Assembly (NCBI GenBank): GCA_017532725.1
Contig: JAFXIZ010000059.1
Coordinates: 1 to 59,376 of the forward strand
Reading direction: 5' to 3'
From: Bacteroidaceae bacterium
Lineage (GTDB): Bacteria > Bacteroidota > Bacteroidia > Bacteroidales > Barnesiellaceae_A
Length of the DNA: 59,376 nt
Each line of letters starts with the position of its first letter. Position 1 is the stretch's first letter. The notes under the pieces were generated by a model. It had not been told where the DNA came from. It saw only the letters and a list, made by a program, of their open reading frames with translations, and ran no database searches. The translations under genes were made by a program, and so were the position numbers. Of this stretch, positions 21,457 through 32,288 are shown one piece after another.

Positions 21457-22533
21457 TTAAAAGTGCCAACCCATAGCCACTACAACGCTCATAATGGCGA
21501 GGTTAACAAGGCTTATGGGGAGGAGATATTTCCACTCGAGATTAAGCAGTTGGTCGATGCGCAGACGGGGGAATGTCCAACGGAACCACATACTTATCCA
21601 CACTACTACGATACTCTTACCGAGGAACCACACAATCGACGGGATGTAGTCCATAATTGCGTTGAAACTATCCCAGCCGGGTATGTGCAAAGGCATCCAA
21701 CCTCCCAAGAACAATGTTGTGGCAATACCACCCATAATGAAGAGGTTAAGATACTCTGCCAAGTAGTAGAATCCGAAGTGGATACCCGAATACTCAGTGT
21801 GATAACCGGCAGTAAGTTCACTCTCGGCCTCGGCCATATCGAAGGGGCCACGGTTGATTTCGGCTGAGCCGGCTACCAAGTAGATGATGAATGCAATAAG
21901 TGCAGGGATGTGACCCTTGAAGAGGAACCAAGCATCGTGCTGTGCCTCGACAATACCTGTTACCGACATACTGCCCGATATGGCTACGATGGTGAGTATA
22001 GACAAGCCTATAGACAACTCGTAACTAATCATTTGCGCACCGGCACGCATTGCACCGATTACGGTATATTTGCTGTTCGACGACCATCCGGCAAGGAGTA
22101 CACCCAAGATACCCAATCCCGATACGGCAAGCATAAAGAATACACCAATGTTATAGTCGATAACTTGCAATCCATTACCCCAAGGCAGACAAGCAAATGT
22201 AAGCATCGATGCCACCAATACGAAGAATGGAGCGAGGTTGAACAAGAAGTGGTCGATATTTTTCAAGTAGATAAGTTCTTTGATAAGAATCTTGAGCATA
22301 TCGGCAATACTTTGAAATACACCGAAAGGTCCTACACGATTGGGGCCAAGGCGACACTGAAACGCACCGGCTACCCTACGTTCGAAGTAGATAAGGAAGA
22401 GTGCGAGGATGCAATATAGCGCCAAGATGGCTACACCTATAAGCACAAACTCTATGAGCAACGTAGCCCATTCGGGCAAGAAACTCATTAAGAGGTTATG
22501 TATCCACATTGTAATATTCGAAAAGTCGTACAT
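21457..22533 (-). CDS. nuoH: NADH-quinone oxidoreductase subunit H
   Basis: ERR....[39 protein letters not shown] and [12 protein letters not shown] motifs. Confidence 0.97.
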   Translation of the reverse strand: MYDFSNITMWIHNLLMSFLPEWATLLIEFVLIGVAILALYCILALFLIYFERRVAGAFQCRLGPNRVGPFGVFQSIADMLKILIKELIYLKNIDHFLFNLAPFFVLVASMLTFACLPWGNGLQVIDYNIGVFFMLAVSGLGILGVLLAGWSSNSKYTVIGAMRAGAQMISYELSIGLSILTIVAISGSMSVTGIVEAQHDAWFLFKGHIPALIAFIIYLVAGSAEINRGPFDMAEAESELTAGYHTEYSGIHFGFYYLAEYLNLFIMGGIATTLFLGGWMPLHIPGWDSFNAIMDYIPSIVWFLGKSIVVVWISMWFRWTFPRLRIDQLLNLEWKYLLPISLVNLAIMSVVVAMGWHF

Positions 22534-22565
22534 TTTGTTTTCGTTTATTTAGGATTTACATATTT

Positions 22566-24194
22566 TTATCGGTCAATATCGGGTATCACATAGTCGAGCG
22601 AGCCACCACCGGCTATAAGGTCGGCGATTTTTCCACCACGACACACCTCATCAAGCGATGCCACAAGCATCATACCCGGTGAGTTGAATTTCAAGCGATA
22701 GGGATACTTGTCGCCACGGCTCTCGATGAATACACCGAATGCACCACGGCTGGCCTCTACCTGACGGAACCATTGTCCCTCGGGCAACTTGATGATAGGT
22801 TTCATCTTCTCCGATACGGGGCCTTCGGGGATATTATCCACCAACTGCTCAATGATGCGAATCGATTGCAATATCTCATCCATACGCACCATATAACGGG
22901 CATATATATCGCCTTCGGTACGCAACACTTCATCAAACTCTACCTTGTCGTAGAGTGCATAGGGTATGCGTTTACGCACGTCGCAAGCCCAACCCGAAGC
23001 ACGTCCCGAAGGGCCTGTCATTGAGTGTGCTATACAACGATCTTTCGAGATAACGCTGATGCCGTGCATACGGCCTTTGGCAATAACGTTACCGGTAAAG
23101 AATCGGTGATATTCTTTGAGGCGTTCGGGCATTATCTTGCAGAACTCCTTGATTTTGCGTTGATAATCGGGATGAATATCCTTCATTACACCACCTATCT
23201 TGTTGTAGTGGAACGACATACGGGCACCGGTAGTCTCTTCGAGAATATCAAGTACCATTTCACGCTCACGGAAGCCGTAGATAAGCGCAGTAGTACTGCC
23301 CAAGTCGTTGCAGAATGTACCCCAGAAGAGCAAGTGCGATGATATACGCATCAACTCATCGTTGATAGTACGAATATATTGTGCGCGCTCGGGTATCTCC
23401 ACTTGCAGGGCATCCTCGATACACATACACAAGGCGTGGCGATTTTGCATAGCCGACAGATAGTCAAGACGGTCGGTAAAGTGGAGTGTTTGGGGATATG
23501 TGAGCGACTCGCTCATCTTCTCGATACCACGGTGAATGTATCCACAATAGGGGTCAACCTTCTTGATAAACTCGCCATCGAGCGAGCAACGAAGGCGCAA
23601 CACACCGTGAGTTGAGGGGTGTTGAGGGCCTATGTTTACCACATAATCATCGGGGGCAAATATTACAGGCTCGGTCTTTTTGATAGAGCCATCGGCTTGT
23701 TCGACATACGATACAGTAGTGTCGTAAGCCTCCTCGTGATGCAAGCGAACGGGGTTGATTTCGGGGCTTGCATCGTAATCTTTACGAAGGGGATGTCCCA
23801 CCCAATCGCGACGCAAGAAGAGGCGACGCATATCGGGGTGATTGATAAAGATAATACCAAAGAAGTCGTAAACCTCTCTCTCGTAGAAGTTTGCCGAGTC
23901 CCACAGGTCGCTTACCGAGTGCAACTTGGGATTTTCGCGATCGGCTGTTTCCACTCTTACGCACAAGCGGTCGCCGGTTTTGGTCGATTCGAGGTAATAT
24001 AAACAGCCAAGTGTTTCGCCCCAATCCATACCAACGATGGTTGTAAGGTAATCAAATGGCGTATTTACATCTTCATATAGGGCTTTTGCAAGCGTGTGCC
24101 ATTGAGCATCGGGCACCGATATCTGTAGCACTTGAGCCTCAGTAAAAGTGGCTTCAGGTATCAACTTGCTTATTTTTTCTTGAATGGTTGCCAT
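22566..24194 (-). CDS. nuoCD: NADH-quinone oxidoreductase fused subunit C/D
   Basis: EREVYDFFGI and GHPLRKD (NuoC part); NIGPQHPSTHGVLR, GYIHRGIEK, DRLDY and C-terminal DIDR (NuoD part). No NiFe CxxC motifs. Confidence 0.96.
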   Translation of the reverse strand: MATIQEKISKLIPEATFTEAQVLQISVPDAQWHTLAKALYEDVNTPFDYLTTIVGMDWGETLGCLYYLESTKTGDRLCVRVETADRENPKLHSVSDLWDSANFYEREVYDFFGIIFINHPDMRRLFLRRDWVGHPLRKDYDASPEINPVRLHHEEAYDTTVSYVEQADGSIKKTEPVIFAPDDYVVNIGPQHPSTHGVLRLRCSLDGEFIKKVDPYCGYIHRGIEKMSESLTYPQTLHFTDRLDYLSAMQNRHALCMCIEDALQVEIPERAQYIRTINDELMRISSHLLFWGTFCNDLGSTTALIYGFREREMVLDILEETTGARMSFHYNKIGGVMKDIHPDYQRKIKEFCKIMPERLKEYHRFFTGNVIAKGRMHGISVISKDRCIAHSMTGPSGRASGWACDVRKRIPYALYDKVEFDEVLRTEGDIYARYMVRMDEILQSIRIIEQLVDNIPEGPVSEKMKPIIKLPEGQWFRQVEASRGAFGVFIESRGDKYPYRLKFNSPGMMLVASLDEVCRGGKIADLIAGGGSLDYVIPDIDR

Positions 24195-24244
24195 ATATTT
24201 ATATATAAGGTGTATGTTTTCTTATTGCTATTAAGAGAGTATTT

Positions 24245-24844
24245 TTATTCTTTGTCTTTGAAGAATTCTTCTCTTTTCTGTTTGCGATTAACTCCACCGA
24301 AGAAGTTCTCAACTTTTATTTTACGTTGCAATTGCATCATACCATAGAGCATTGCTTCGGGGCGTGGAGGACAACCGGGAACATATACATCGACCGGCAG
24401 GATTTGGTCGATACCCGGCACTGTATGATAAGAATTACGGAACGGACCACCCGACACTGCACAAGCACCGGTAGCAATTACATATTTAGGCTCGGCAAGT
24501 TGGTCATATACACGCTTGAGGATGGGAGCCATACGGTGTACTATTGTACCGGCCACCATCAAGAAGTCGGCTTGACGGGGTGAATTACGAGTAACCTCAA
24601 AACCGAAACGTGCCATATCGTGACGTGCAGCGGCTACCGACATAAACTCAATACCACAGCAACTTGTAGCAAAAGCCAAGGGCCACACCGAGTTGGAGCG
24701 TCCCCAGTTGATTATATCATCAAAAACGCCAACAACCACATTTGTGCCGGCAGCGTTAAGTTCTTCAACCAATTGCTCGAGTGACTCATTATCCTTGAAG
24801 TCCTCGTATGGCATAGCCTTTATTTTCGATTTTTTTACTTCCAT
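24245..24844 (-). CDS. nuoB: NADH-quinone oxidoreductase subunit B
   Basis: TSCCGIE, SPRQAD, GACA..GG and VYVPGCPPRPE motifs; ATG at 24844 overlaps the end of nuoA. Confidence 0.96.
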   Translation of the reverse strand: MEVKKSKIKAMPYEDFKDNESLEQLVEELNAAGTNVVVGVFDDIINWGRSNSVWPLAFATSCCGIEFMSVAAARHDMARFGFEVTRNSPRQADFLMVAGTIVHRMAPILKRVYDQLAEPKYVIATGACAVSGGPFRNSYHTVPGIDQILPVDVYVPGCPPRPEAMLYGMMQLQRKIKVENFFGGVNRKQKREEFFKDKE

Positions 24845-25185
24845 TCCAATGCTCCTTTCTTCCACGCGTACACAAGACCCAATACAAGAATTACCATAAA
24901 TACGGCGATGCTGATAAGACCTGCAGCACCTACATCACGCAGTATGACAGCCCAAGGAAACAGGAATACTGTTTCGACATCGAACATCAAATAGAGAATG
25001 GCAAAAAGGTAGTAACCTGCCTTGAATTGCATCCACGAAGTACCACGCGTAGGAATACCGCACTCGTAGGCCTCGCCTTTTTGGGGATTGAATGAGCGAG
25101 GTGCAAGCAACCAAGCGATAAGCAAGGCCGCTCCTACCATTACAATCGCTGTGACCAGAATCGTCACAAAAAGTGCTGAATTCAT
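24835..25185 (-). CDS. nuoA: NADH-quinone oxidoreductase subunit A
   Basis: YECG, FDVETVFLFPWA and WKKGALEW motifs. Confidence 0.96.
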   Translation of the reverse strand: MNSALFVTILVTAIVMVGAALLIAWLLAPRSFNPQKGEAYECGIPTRGTSWMQFKAGYYLFAILYLMFDVETVFLFPWAVILRDVGAAGLISIAVFMVILVLGLVYAWKKGALEWK

Positions 25186-25264
25186 AATGCTATTTTATCC
25201 TTTGTTGTTTTTGTATTTCTCCGGCATTTTCGAAAGGAACTATCTTCCGAAATATAATTCCACG

Positions 25265-25294
25265 CAAAGTTACAAAAAAGTTTTTCTCAACAAA
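25265..25294 (-). promoter_or_regulatory. Putative promoter of the nuo-atp operon (-33 TTTG at 25291-25294, -7 TAACTTTG at 25265-25272)
   Basis: Both Bacteroidetes sigma-A elements on the minus strand, ~80 bp upstream of nuoA. Confidence 0.65.
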
Positions 25295-25542
25295 AGAATA
25301 ATATACCTCTTTTATTTATAAAAAAAATTGTTTTTTGCTCATTTCCATTTCAATTGCGCTATTACAAACAGGTTGCTCATTTTCTCACCCCAAACAGTAG
25401 AATCAAATGCAAAAAATGAAAAAATTTTGTCACATATTTTGTTTGCCAAGATGCAATTACTATATTTGCTAATGATTTGTATCTTGGCGAAGTAGCGATA
25501 TACTGCCGGCCAAGTGTTGTAGAAACTAAAAAACAAAAGAAT

Positions 25543-26088
25543 ATGAAAAAATCGTATCTTTTTCTTGCCGACGGCTTTGAAGAAATCGAAGCGTTGACCG
25601 TAGTTGATGTATTGCGTCGTGCCGAAATGCCCTTGGTCACCCTATCGGTAACCGACAAGGCTGTTGTTACAGGTGCTCACAATATTCCCGTTGTAGCAGA
25701 CGCGTTGGCTCAAGATATTGCTTTTGATGATGTCGAATGGCTTATTTTGCCCGGAGGTATGCCCGGTATGACCAATTTGGCTGCAAGTCGCCCATTATGC
25801 GACCTTATAAAAGCCCACGCCGAGGCCGGTGGTCTTACAGCGGCAATATGTGCATCGCCTTCAATATTGGGTATGTTAGGACTACTGAATGGTCGCCGTT
25901 CTACTTGCTACCCGGGGTTTGAGCACAACCTTGAGGGTGCTATTATCACAGGCGAACGCTGTTCGGTCGATGACAACATCACCACAGCCAATGGCCCTGC
26001 TTCGGCCACAGTATTTGCCCTATCGTTGGTAGCGCAATCACTTGGCGAGGAGAAGGCTCAAGAGGTTGCAGCCGGTATGTTGGTATAA
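25543..26088 (+). CDS. DJ-1/ThiJ/PfpI family protein
   Basis: FLADGFEEIEA, ILPGGMPG, AAICASP, TCYPG and TANGP motifs; ATG at 25543. Confidence 0.92.
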   Translation: MKKSYLFLADGFEEIEALTVVDVLRRAEMPLVTLSVTDKAVVTGAHNIPVVADALAQDIAFDDVEWLILPGGMPGMTNLAASRPLCDLIKAHAEAGGLTAAICASPSILGMLGLLNGRRSTCYPGFEHNLEGAIITGERCSVDDNITTANGPASATVFALSLVAQSLGEEKAQEVAAGMLV

Positions 26089-26103
26089 AATATCGGGTTG
26101 TTT

Positions 26104-26781
26104 ATGCGTATTGACATTATCACTGTCCTGCCCGAGTTGCTGGACGGGCCGTTAAACAATTCCATTCTCAAGAGAGCGCAGGACAAGGGTCTTGCCGAGA
26201 TTGTTGTACACAACCTGCGCGACTTTACGCTGGATAAGCATCGCCGCGTTGACGACTACCCGTTTGGCGGCGAAGCCGGTATGGTAATGCAAATAGAGCC
26301 GGTCGATCGCGCCATATCGTACCTGAAAGAGCAACGCCACTACGACGAGGTGATATTTACCTCGCCCGATGGCGATTTGTTTGACCAACCGATGGCCAAC
26401 TCGCTGTCGATGCTCGAGAATATCATCATCCTCTGCGGGCACTACAAGGGTATAGATTATCGCATTCGCGAGCATCTTATCACGCGCGAAATTTCGATTG
26501 GCGATTATGTGCTCACCGGTGGCGAAATGCCGGCTGCTATTATTGCCGACGCCATCGTACGCCTCATCCCCGGTGCTATAGGCGATGAGCAATCGGCATT
26601 GAGCGATTCATTCCAAGACAACTTGTTGGCTCCTCCCGTATATACACGCCCTGCCGAGTACAAGGGATGGCGCGTGCCCGATGTTTTACTATCGGGACAC
26701 CAACGCAAGATAGACGAGTGGAAACACGCCCAAGCCGTAGAACGCACTCGCCGTTTGCGACCCGGACTATTGGACGAATAA
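26104..26781 (+). CDS. trmD: tRNA (guanine37-N1)-methyltransferase
   Basis: [39 protein letters not shown] and VPDVLLSGH motifs. Confidence 0.97.
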   Translation: MRIDIITVLPELLDGPLNNSILKRAQDKGLAEIVVHNLRDFTLDKHRRVDDYPFGGEAGMVMQIEPVDRAISYLKEQRHYDEVIFTSPDGDLFDQPMANSLSMLENIIILCGHYKGIDYRIREHLITREISIGDYVLTGGEMPAAIIADAIVRLIPGAIGDEQSALSDSFQDNLLAPPVYTRPAEYKGWRVPDVLLSGHQRKIDEWKHAQAVERTRRLRPGLLDE

Positions 26782-26816
26782 CCCCTACCCCAAATTGCAA
26801 GCAGTTTACACCGTAT

Positions 26817-26853
26817 AAAAAATCAGCGCACCGATTAGATGCGCTGATTTTTT
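26817..26853. terminator. Bidirectional intrinsic terminator
   Basis: AAAAAATCAGCGCA...TGCGCTGATTTTTT between convergent genes. Confidence 0.85.
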
Positions 26854-26876
26854 ATGTTAGTATTGGGTTAAGCCTC

Positions 26877-28751
26877 TTATCGTATAGCCACTTTGGTTGA
26901 TTGACCGTTAACGGTTACGATATAGATACCGGCATTAAGACCACTGTTGATGTTGGTCTTCAAGTTGTTTGCACGCTCGGTAAGTACAACACGACCGGCA
27001 ATGTCGGCAACTACGATTTCGCTACCTTGAGGAGCATTCACTACTGTGATTTCGCTACCGTTGGCATACACTGTGCAGTCGTTTACCTTGGGGGCAACCA
27101 CGGCTGCATTGTCATTGAATGTAACCAAGGGGAATATGGCAGTAGATACACCACCGGCCTTATAATATTGGATAGCATCCATCCATCCCGAAGGCATATC
27201 GGCAGTACCTACGGCATTGTAATAGAAGGCAGTATTACCCTCAGGGAAGGCACGCACATTGCTGGTTGCGAAGAAAAGGTGGTTATTTGAGCCTATCTTA
27301 ATGCCTTCGGGGAACTCAAATTCGAGGAAGAATGTACCCTTCACATCGACAGTTTCACTAAACGCCAAGCCCACCAACACTGCCGATTGGAAACTTGCTG
27401 TTCCAAAGACATCACCAATTTTGAATTTTTCGCTATAGACTTCTTCGCCGGGCATATTATTCTCGTCGGCAAGAAGAACTTTTACAGCAAACTCTTTATT
27501 CTTATTGACAATAGAAATTGTATAACGCAAAGGTATCATATATGCTCCCGATACCGAAGCAGTTACATTCTCGGGGAGTGAATAACGTTCGGCAAAACGA
27601 TAGTAGTTAGAGTTCAAACCACTCAAAGCATCATAACTACCACCTCCCGAGAATAGATAAAAGCCATCTTCGGGGCAGAAGTTACCTACAAAATCGGTAT
27701 GAGCAGTTTCATTATTCAAGCGATTTATAAAGAATTCACGAATGGCGTATGCCTCACCATCTTGGTTTTTCATAGTGAGATAAACGTCATTATACACCTC
27801 ATCGCTTTTAGCCTTTGCAAAGTCAAATGTTACAACAGGTTGCGCAGCATCATTGTTGGGGGTTGTAGCATATTTACCAAAATCCCAAGACACGCTTTCG
27901 CAATTGCTTGCATAGCAACCATACTTGATAGAGTCACCATTTTGAATATAAAGGCGATATACATCTATATTACCCTCTTCGTCTTGTGTGTGACCATCCA
28001 TCGACCACAATCCACCAATTGAGAACATAGAACCTTGAGGCAAAATCTTAACGTGGTCGCTATCGATTTGCATATAATCCCACAAGCAGAGGTTACCACC
28101 CATGGCTGTTGTACAGTGATGTATGGCAGGGTAATATGTACCACTTACAGTAGGAGTAAATGTGCCTGTATAGAGTGTCCATTTATTATCGGTCTTGGCA
28201 TTAACACCTGTACAATCGATAACAATATTGGTTTGTGCCTCAACAGTTTGCGCATTACCTATAGTCACTTGCCATTCATCTACAACACTATTATATCCTT
28301 GGCAGAATGCATATATACCAAAGTGATAAGTATGATTGGCCTCAAGTTGAACACCGGTTGCAATAGCCCAACCATCACGATGGCTTTCGTCGCTAAACAT
28401 CGAAGCCAAACCGTAATCGCCCGAGAAAGCAGTAATATAACCACTCGACGACTCAAGAATATTGGCACAGAAAACACCTCCATCAACAGTATTATCGACT
28501 ACGACCCAACCGTGAGGTACCATAGTTTCACTATTGAATGTTTCAAAGTCTTCAAAGAAAATTTCAGTATCTTCAGCAGCAGGGGCTTTGACAGTCGCTT
28601 GGCGACCAAGTTTGATACCTTGTGATTGTAATTGAGAAAGATCTTTTCTCACCAATCCATTATTTGTCAAATGAATGGGTCGCATTTCAGCCATAGCCAC
28701 ACTGCTCGACAGGGCTACAGCAACAATGCCAAGTAGTAATTTTTTAATCAT
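26877..28751 (-). CDS. T9SS type A sorting domain-containing secreted protein (cleaved-adhesin-like N-terminal domain)
   Basis: Signal peptide MIKKLLLGIVAVALSSSVAMA; FFEDFE...P.GW...D domain start; C-terminal V.DIAGRVV...GIYIVTVNGQSTKVAIR sorting domain. Confidence 0.8.
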   Translation of the reverse strand: MIKKLLLGIVAVALSSSVAMAEMRPIHLTNNGLVRKDLSQLQSQGIKLGRQATVKAPAAEDTEIFFEDFETFNSETMVPHGWVVVDNTVDGGVFCANILESSSGYITAFSGDYGLASMFSDESHRDGWAIATGVQLEANHTYHFGIYAFCQGYNSVVDEWQVTIGNAQTVEAQTNIVIDCTGVNAKTDNKWTLYTGTFTPTVSGTYYPAIHHCTTAMGGNLCLWDYMQIDSDHVKILPQGSMFSIGGLWSMDGHTQDEEGNIDVYRLYIQNGDSIKYGCYASNCESVSWDFGKYATTPNNDAAQPVVTFDFAKAKSDEVYNDVYLTMKNQDGEAYAIREFFINRLNNETAHTDFVGNFCPEDGFYLFSGGGSYDALSGLNSNYYRFAERYSLPENVTASVSGAYMIPLRYTISIVNKNKEFAVKVLLADENNMPGEEVYSEKFKIGDVFGTASFQSAVLVGLAFSETVDVKGTFFLEFEFPEGIKIGSNNHLFFATSNVRAFPEGNTAFYYNAVGTADMPSGWMDAIQYYKAGGVSTAIFPLVTFNDNAAVVAPKVNDCTVYANGSEITVVNAPQGSEIVVADIAGRVVLTERANNLKTNINSGLNAGIYIVTVNGQSTKVAIR

Positions 28752-28973
28752 AATATTATTGTTTAGGTTAATAGTTTTCTTGTGCATAAACATCGTTTGC
28801 AAATGTAGGCTAATTTTTTGTCACTGCGAAATGATTGGGCTAAAAAAAGTATTTTTCACCCAATAAACCACTCAAAAAGCATTAAGTCGTTGCTATTCAA
28901 TCATTACCCCCACAACATCACTTCCAATTGTTTATTGAAATATCGGATGCTACATTTTTGTGGATAATAAAAT

Positions 28974-28998
28974 AAGGCACACCGTTGTGGCGTGCCTT
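28974..28998 (-). terminator. Putative terminator of the sigma-factor operon
   Basis: AAGGCAC...GTGCCTT stem followed by ATTTTT on the minus strand. Confidence 0.55.
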
Positions 28999-29028
28999 CG
29001 CTAAATATTCTTTATCAAGACAAAGTCT

Positions 29029-29190
29029 TTAGTTGGCTACAAAACTTCCTAATTCACCACGCAACTTGGGCGCATAACTGTATGAACGTGCAAACTGCAT
29101 AATGGCACTCAATGTCGATGGACGGGCGTGCAACTCTGTGACGCGATTTTGGGATGTTTTAGCAGATACAGGAGTAGAGTTTTTCTTCAT
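29029..29190 (-). CDS. Small 53-aa hypothetical protein (below the ORF track cutoff)
   Basis: Manual translation: MKKNSTPVSAKTSQNRVTELHARPSTLSAIMQFARSYSYAPKLRGELGSFVAN*. Lies between the sigma gene and a terminator. Confidence 0.65.
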   Translation of the reverse strand: MKKNSTPVSAKTSQNRVTELHARPSTLSAIMQFARSYSYAPKLRGELGSFVAN

Positions 29191-29274
29191 AGGCTATTGC
29201 TTTAAGTGGTTACACTTATATAACGCAAGGCCTACTTGTTTTATTACACCGATATCGATATTTTTTTTGCAGTA

Positions 29275-29865
29275 TTACAAAGTAAGAGCGATATTATATT
29301 GCTCGGCCATACGGCGTATGTTGAGAATGGCGTAACGCATACGTCCCAGAGCCGTATTGATACTTACGTTGGTAAGGTCGGCTATCTCTTTAAAACTCAA
29401 GTCTTTGTAGTATCGCAATTCTATCACTTCGCGTTGATTGTCGGGCAAGGCATCGACCAATCGGCGTATATCAAATGATATTTGGTCTTGAATAAGAGCA
29501 TCTTCAATAGTACCTTCGCTCAACTCTTTGCGATTGAATACATCTATCGAATCATCTTCACTACTGATGCAATTCTCTATTTTTTCTTGGCGATAGTTGT
29601 CGATAATAAGATTGTGTGCTATGCGTGTAATCCACGAAACAAAACGGCCATTGCCTGTGTAGCGACCTTGGCGTATAGTCATAATGGCTTTGACAAATGT
29701 CTCTTGGAAAACATCATTTGCCTTGTCCTCGTCTTTAACTATATAATATATGTACGAATAGATTTTCGACTCGTGCCTTTTAAGCAGAACGTCAAAAGCC
29801 TCATTATCACCATCGGCATACCTGACAACAAGTTCGTCGTCGGTATAATTAAACAAATTGTTCAT
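29275..29865 (-). CDS. ECF-type RNA polymerase sigma-70 factor
   Basis: GDNEAF..L, DVFQETFVK and WITRIAHNLIID (region 2); LPDNQREVIELRYYKDLSFKEIA...SINTALGRMRYA (region 4). Confidence 0.93.
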   Translation of the reverse strand: MNNLFNYTDDELVVRYADGDNEAFDVLLKRHESKIYSYIYYIVKDEDKANDVFQETFVKAIMTIRQGRYTGNGRFVSWITRIAHNLIIDNYRQEKIENCISSEDDSIDVFNRKELSEGTIEDALIQDQISFDIRRLVDALPDNQREVIELRYYKDLSFKEIADLTNVSINTALGRMRYAILNIRRMAEQYNIALTL

Positions 29866-30166
29866 TTACTCTACTATTTTGCGTTTAAATAAGAGTAATT
29901 TTGTTCAATAGGCGATAGTTTTTTATGAGTTAATAAGTCGGTTCGTTTTTAAGATTGAGTTGCAAATAAAGAGTATTTTTTGCGAATAGCGAAATATTTT
30001 TGAAAAAAATTATCACAGCAAGTGGTTTTTTAACGGTTTTAACTAAAATTTCTCATCAAACAAGACAATAAAAGCCGATTTTTCCCGATATATAGAGTTG
30101 CATTGTGCGCAACGTCATACTTTTTTGTTACCTTCGCCATAGTAAAACCACCGGACAGCCCCTCCT

Positions 30167-32269
30167 ATGAACAACACACCTCGATACACCATTGCGCACA
30201 TTCCATTTCTGCGATTGCTGTTGCCTTTGGCAATAGGTATTGTATGTGGGCATTATACAACCTGCGTGGGTGGTATTTATGTGTGCGCTTTCGTAGCAAT
30301 AGCAGGTGGAGTTGTTGCGTGGATGACTCGCCACAACAGACTCAAGAGGCTGCATCATTGGGCTTTCTTCACATCGGCTACAATGGCTATGGTAGGATTG
30401 GGGATGTTTGTGTATATGCACAGCCAACCCGATGAGGAGTTACCCTGCACCACCTCAAGCACTGTTGCCATAGCGCGAATAGAGGAAGCCCCTATCAAGA
30501 AGCAATACTCCTATCAGGTAAATGCAACGATTATTGCTATGGATGACAGTTCCTGCACCCATACGGCACACATACCCGTGTTGCTCAATATCAAGCACTC
30601 CTACACAGCCAACGGCTTGCAAGCAGGCGATATCATTATGTTTTTACCACGGTTGCAACGCATAGAGAGTTCGGCTCTGCCCGATGCCTTCGATTATGCG
30701 CAATATATGAAGATGCAAGGTGTTGTATTCAGGCAGTATTTAGCCGACGGCGAGTGGCAACAATCGGCCTATACAGCAACGCCTACACTTCGACAAAGGG
30801 CGCAAAGGGTGCAGTCGGCTTGTGTCGAAAGTCTGCGCAACAGTGGTTTATCGACCGAAAATATTGCCCTGCTCTCGGCATTGCTGTGGGGTGATAAAAC
30901 CAATCTTCCAGCCACTACTCGCGAATACTTCTCAGCAGCCGGTCTGTCGCACGTTCTTGCCGTAAGCGGGCTGCACACCGGTATCATCGCGCTCATCATC
31001 TCCTGCTTGCTCTACCCCTTGCGATATACGGGACTACGCAAGTTGCCTTACGCCTTGACCATAGCAACACTGTGGGTGTATGCCTTCATTACAGGGTTGT
31101 CGCCATCGGTAGTGCGCGCCTGTATTATGGCAACATTTGTAGGTACAGCCGTACTCATCAACCGTCGCAACACAGCCCTCAATGCACTGTGTGCATCGGC
31201 TGTTTGTGTATTACTGTTCGACCCTACGCAACTCTTTGATATAGGCTTCCAATTGAGTTACGTTGCCGTAGCCGGCATTTTGTTGTTTAGCCCTTATTTC
31301 GACTTGGGTCGCATTCTCGACATTCGCAATTTCATAGCGAGAGCCATACTGCAAAGCGTTTCGGTGTCAACGGCTGCAATGATAGCCACCACACCCATAG
31401 CAGCCTATTACTTTCATTACATCCCTGTGTGGGGATTGCTATCCAATATAATTTTCGTACCGTTGTTGCCATACCTTGTCGTGGCAACACTTGCGCTGCA
31501 ACTCTGCTGTGCCTTTCATTGGCCACATCAATGGCTGTTACAAGCCACCGACCGACTTACACAAATACTCACCGACGGTGCTAATTTCATAGCCGGCTTG
31601 CCGAGTGCAACCATCGACGGAATATGGCTGTCGCCACTCTTTCTGATACTCTATTTTGCCATCACAATATGCCTATGGCACATCTTGTCGCGTCGCACAC
31701 TGCGTCCTTGCTTACCCTTGTTAATACTGCTCATCACCCTACAAATACTACTGATATACCAATCGGCCAAGCCGTCGGCATCTTTGGCATTTGTAGCACA
31801 AGAGCGCAACTACACACACCTGCAACTTGCCGACAATGCCCGACATTGTTACATCATAAGCACCGACACCACCTCGGCACTACCTCGACAGGGCGAGGAG
31901 TGGCGCATAAGAGAACAGTTACATACTAATATTGTAAATAGCAATGACACCATGCGCACTACCCACATTTACATTGCACTGCCATTTATACAATACTACG
32001 ACAGCCGACTGCTGTGGGTAGATGACAACGAGTGGCGATACACCCACACATCGCAACCCATACACATCGATTATGCCATTATTACCGAACAGTACAAAGG
32101 CAAGATAAAGCCCCTTACTGCCACATTCGACATCGACACCATCATATTGGCAGCCTCCATATTCCCACCTAAAGCCAAGCAACTACGACAAGAGTGCGCC
32201 ACGATAGGCATAGGCTGCCACGATACAGGCGAGGCAGATGTATGGCTGTACAAGCCCAATAGCGATTAG
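30167..32269 (+). CDS. comEC: ComEC/Rec2 family competence protein
   Basis: FDY..Y, AGLSHVLAVSGLH, SPSVVRA, DIGFQLSY and SN..FVP motifs. Confidence 0.9.
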   Translation: MNNTPRYTIAHIPFLRLLLPLAIGIVCGHYTTCVGGIYVCAFVAIAGGVVAWMTRHNRLKRLHHWAFFTSATMAMVGLGMFVYMHSQPDEELPCTTSSTVAIARIEEAPIKKQYSYQVNATIIAMDDSSCTHTAHIPVLLNIKHSYTANGLQAGDIIMFLPRLQRIESSALPDAFDYAQYMKMQGVVFRQYLADGEWQQSAYTATPTLRQRAQRVQSACVESLRNSGLSTENIALLSALLWGDKTNLPATTREYFSAAGLSHVLAVSGLHTGIIALIISCLLYPLRYTGLRKLPYALTIATLWVYAFITGLSPSVVRACIMATFVGTAVLINRRNTALNALCASAVCVLLFDPTQLFDIGFQLSYVAVAGILLFSPYFDLGRILDIRNFIARAILQSVSVSTAAMIATTPIAAYYFHYIPVWGLLSNIIFVPLLPYLVVATLALQLCCAFHWPHQWLLQATDRLTQILTDGANFIAGLPSATIDGIWLSPLFLILYFAITICLWHILSRRTLRPCLPLLILLITLQILLIYQSAKPSASLAFVAQERNYTHLQLADNARHCYIISTDTTSALPRQGEEWRIREQLHTNIVNSNDTMRTTHIYIALPFIQYYDSRLLWVDDNEWRYTHTSQPIHIDYAIITEQYKGKIKPLTATFDIDTIILAASIFPPKAKQLRQECATIGIGCHDTGEADVWLYKPNSD

Positions 32270-32288
32270 ATAGAGGAACGACAGCAGC

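Noticed and set aside
22566-24844. Possible group 4 NiFe hydrogenase
   Set aside because: The NuoD part lacks both CxxC motifs and ends in DIDR, and NuoB has the adjacent CC of complex I.
26104-26560. The 5' part of trmD looks more GC-rich than its neighbours (possible recombined segment)
   Set aside because: Visual impression only; it needs a sliding-window GC/codon analysis, and the protein is ordinary.
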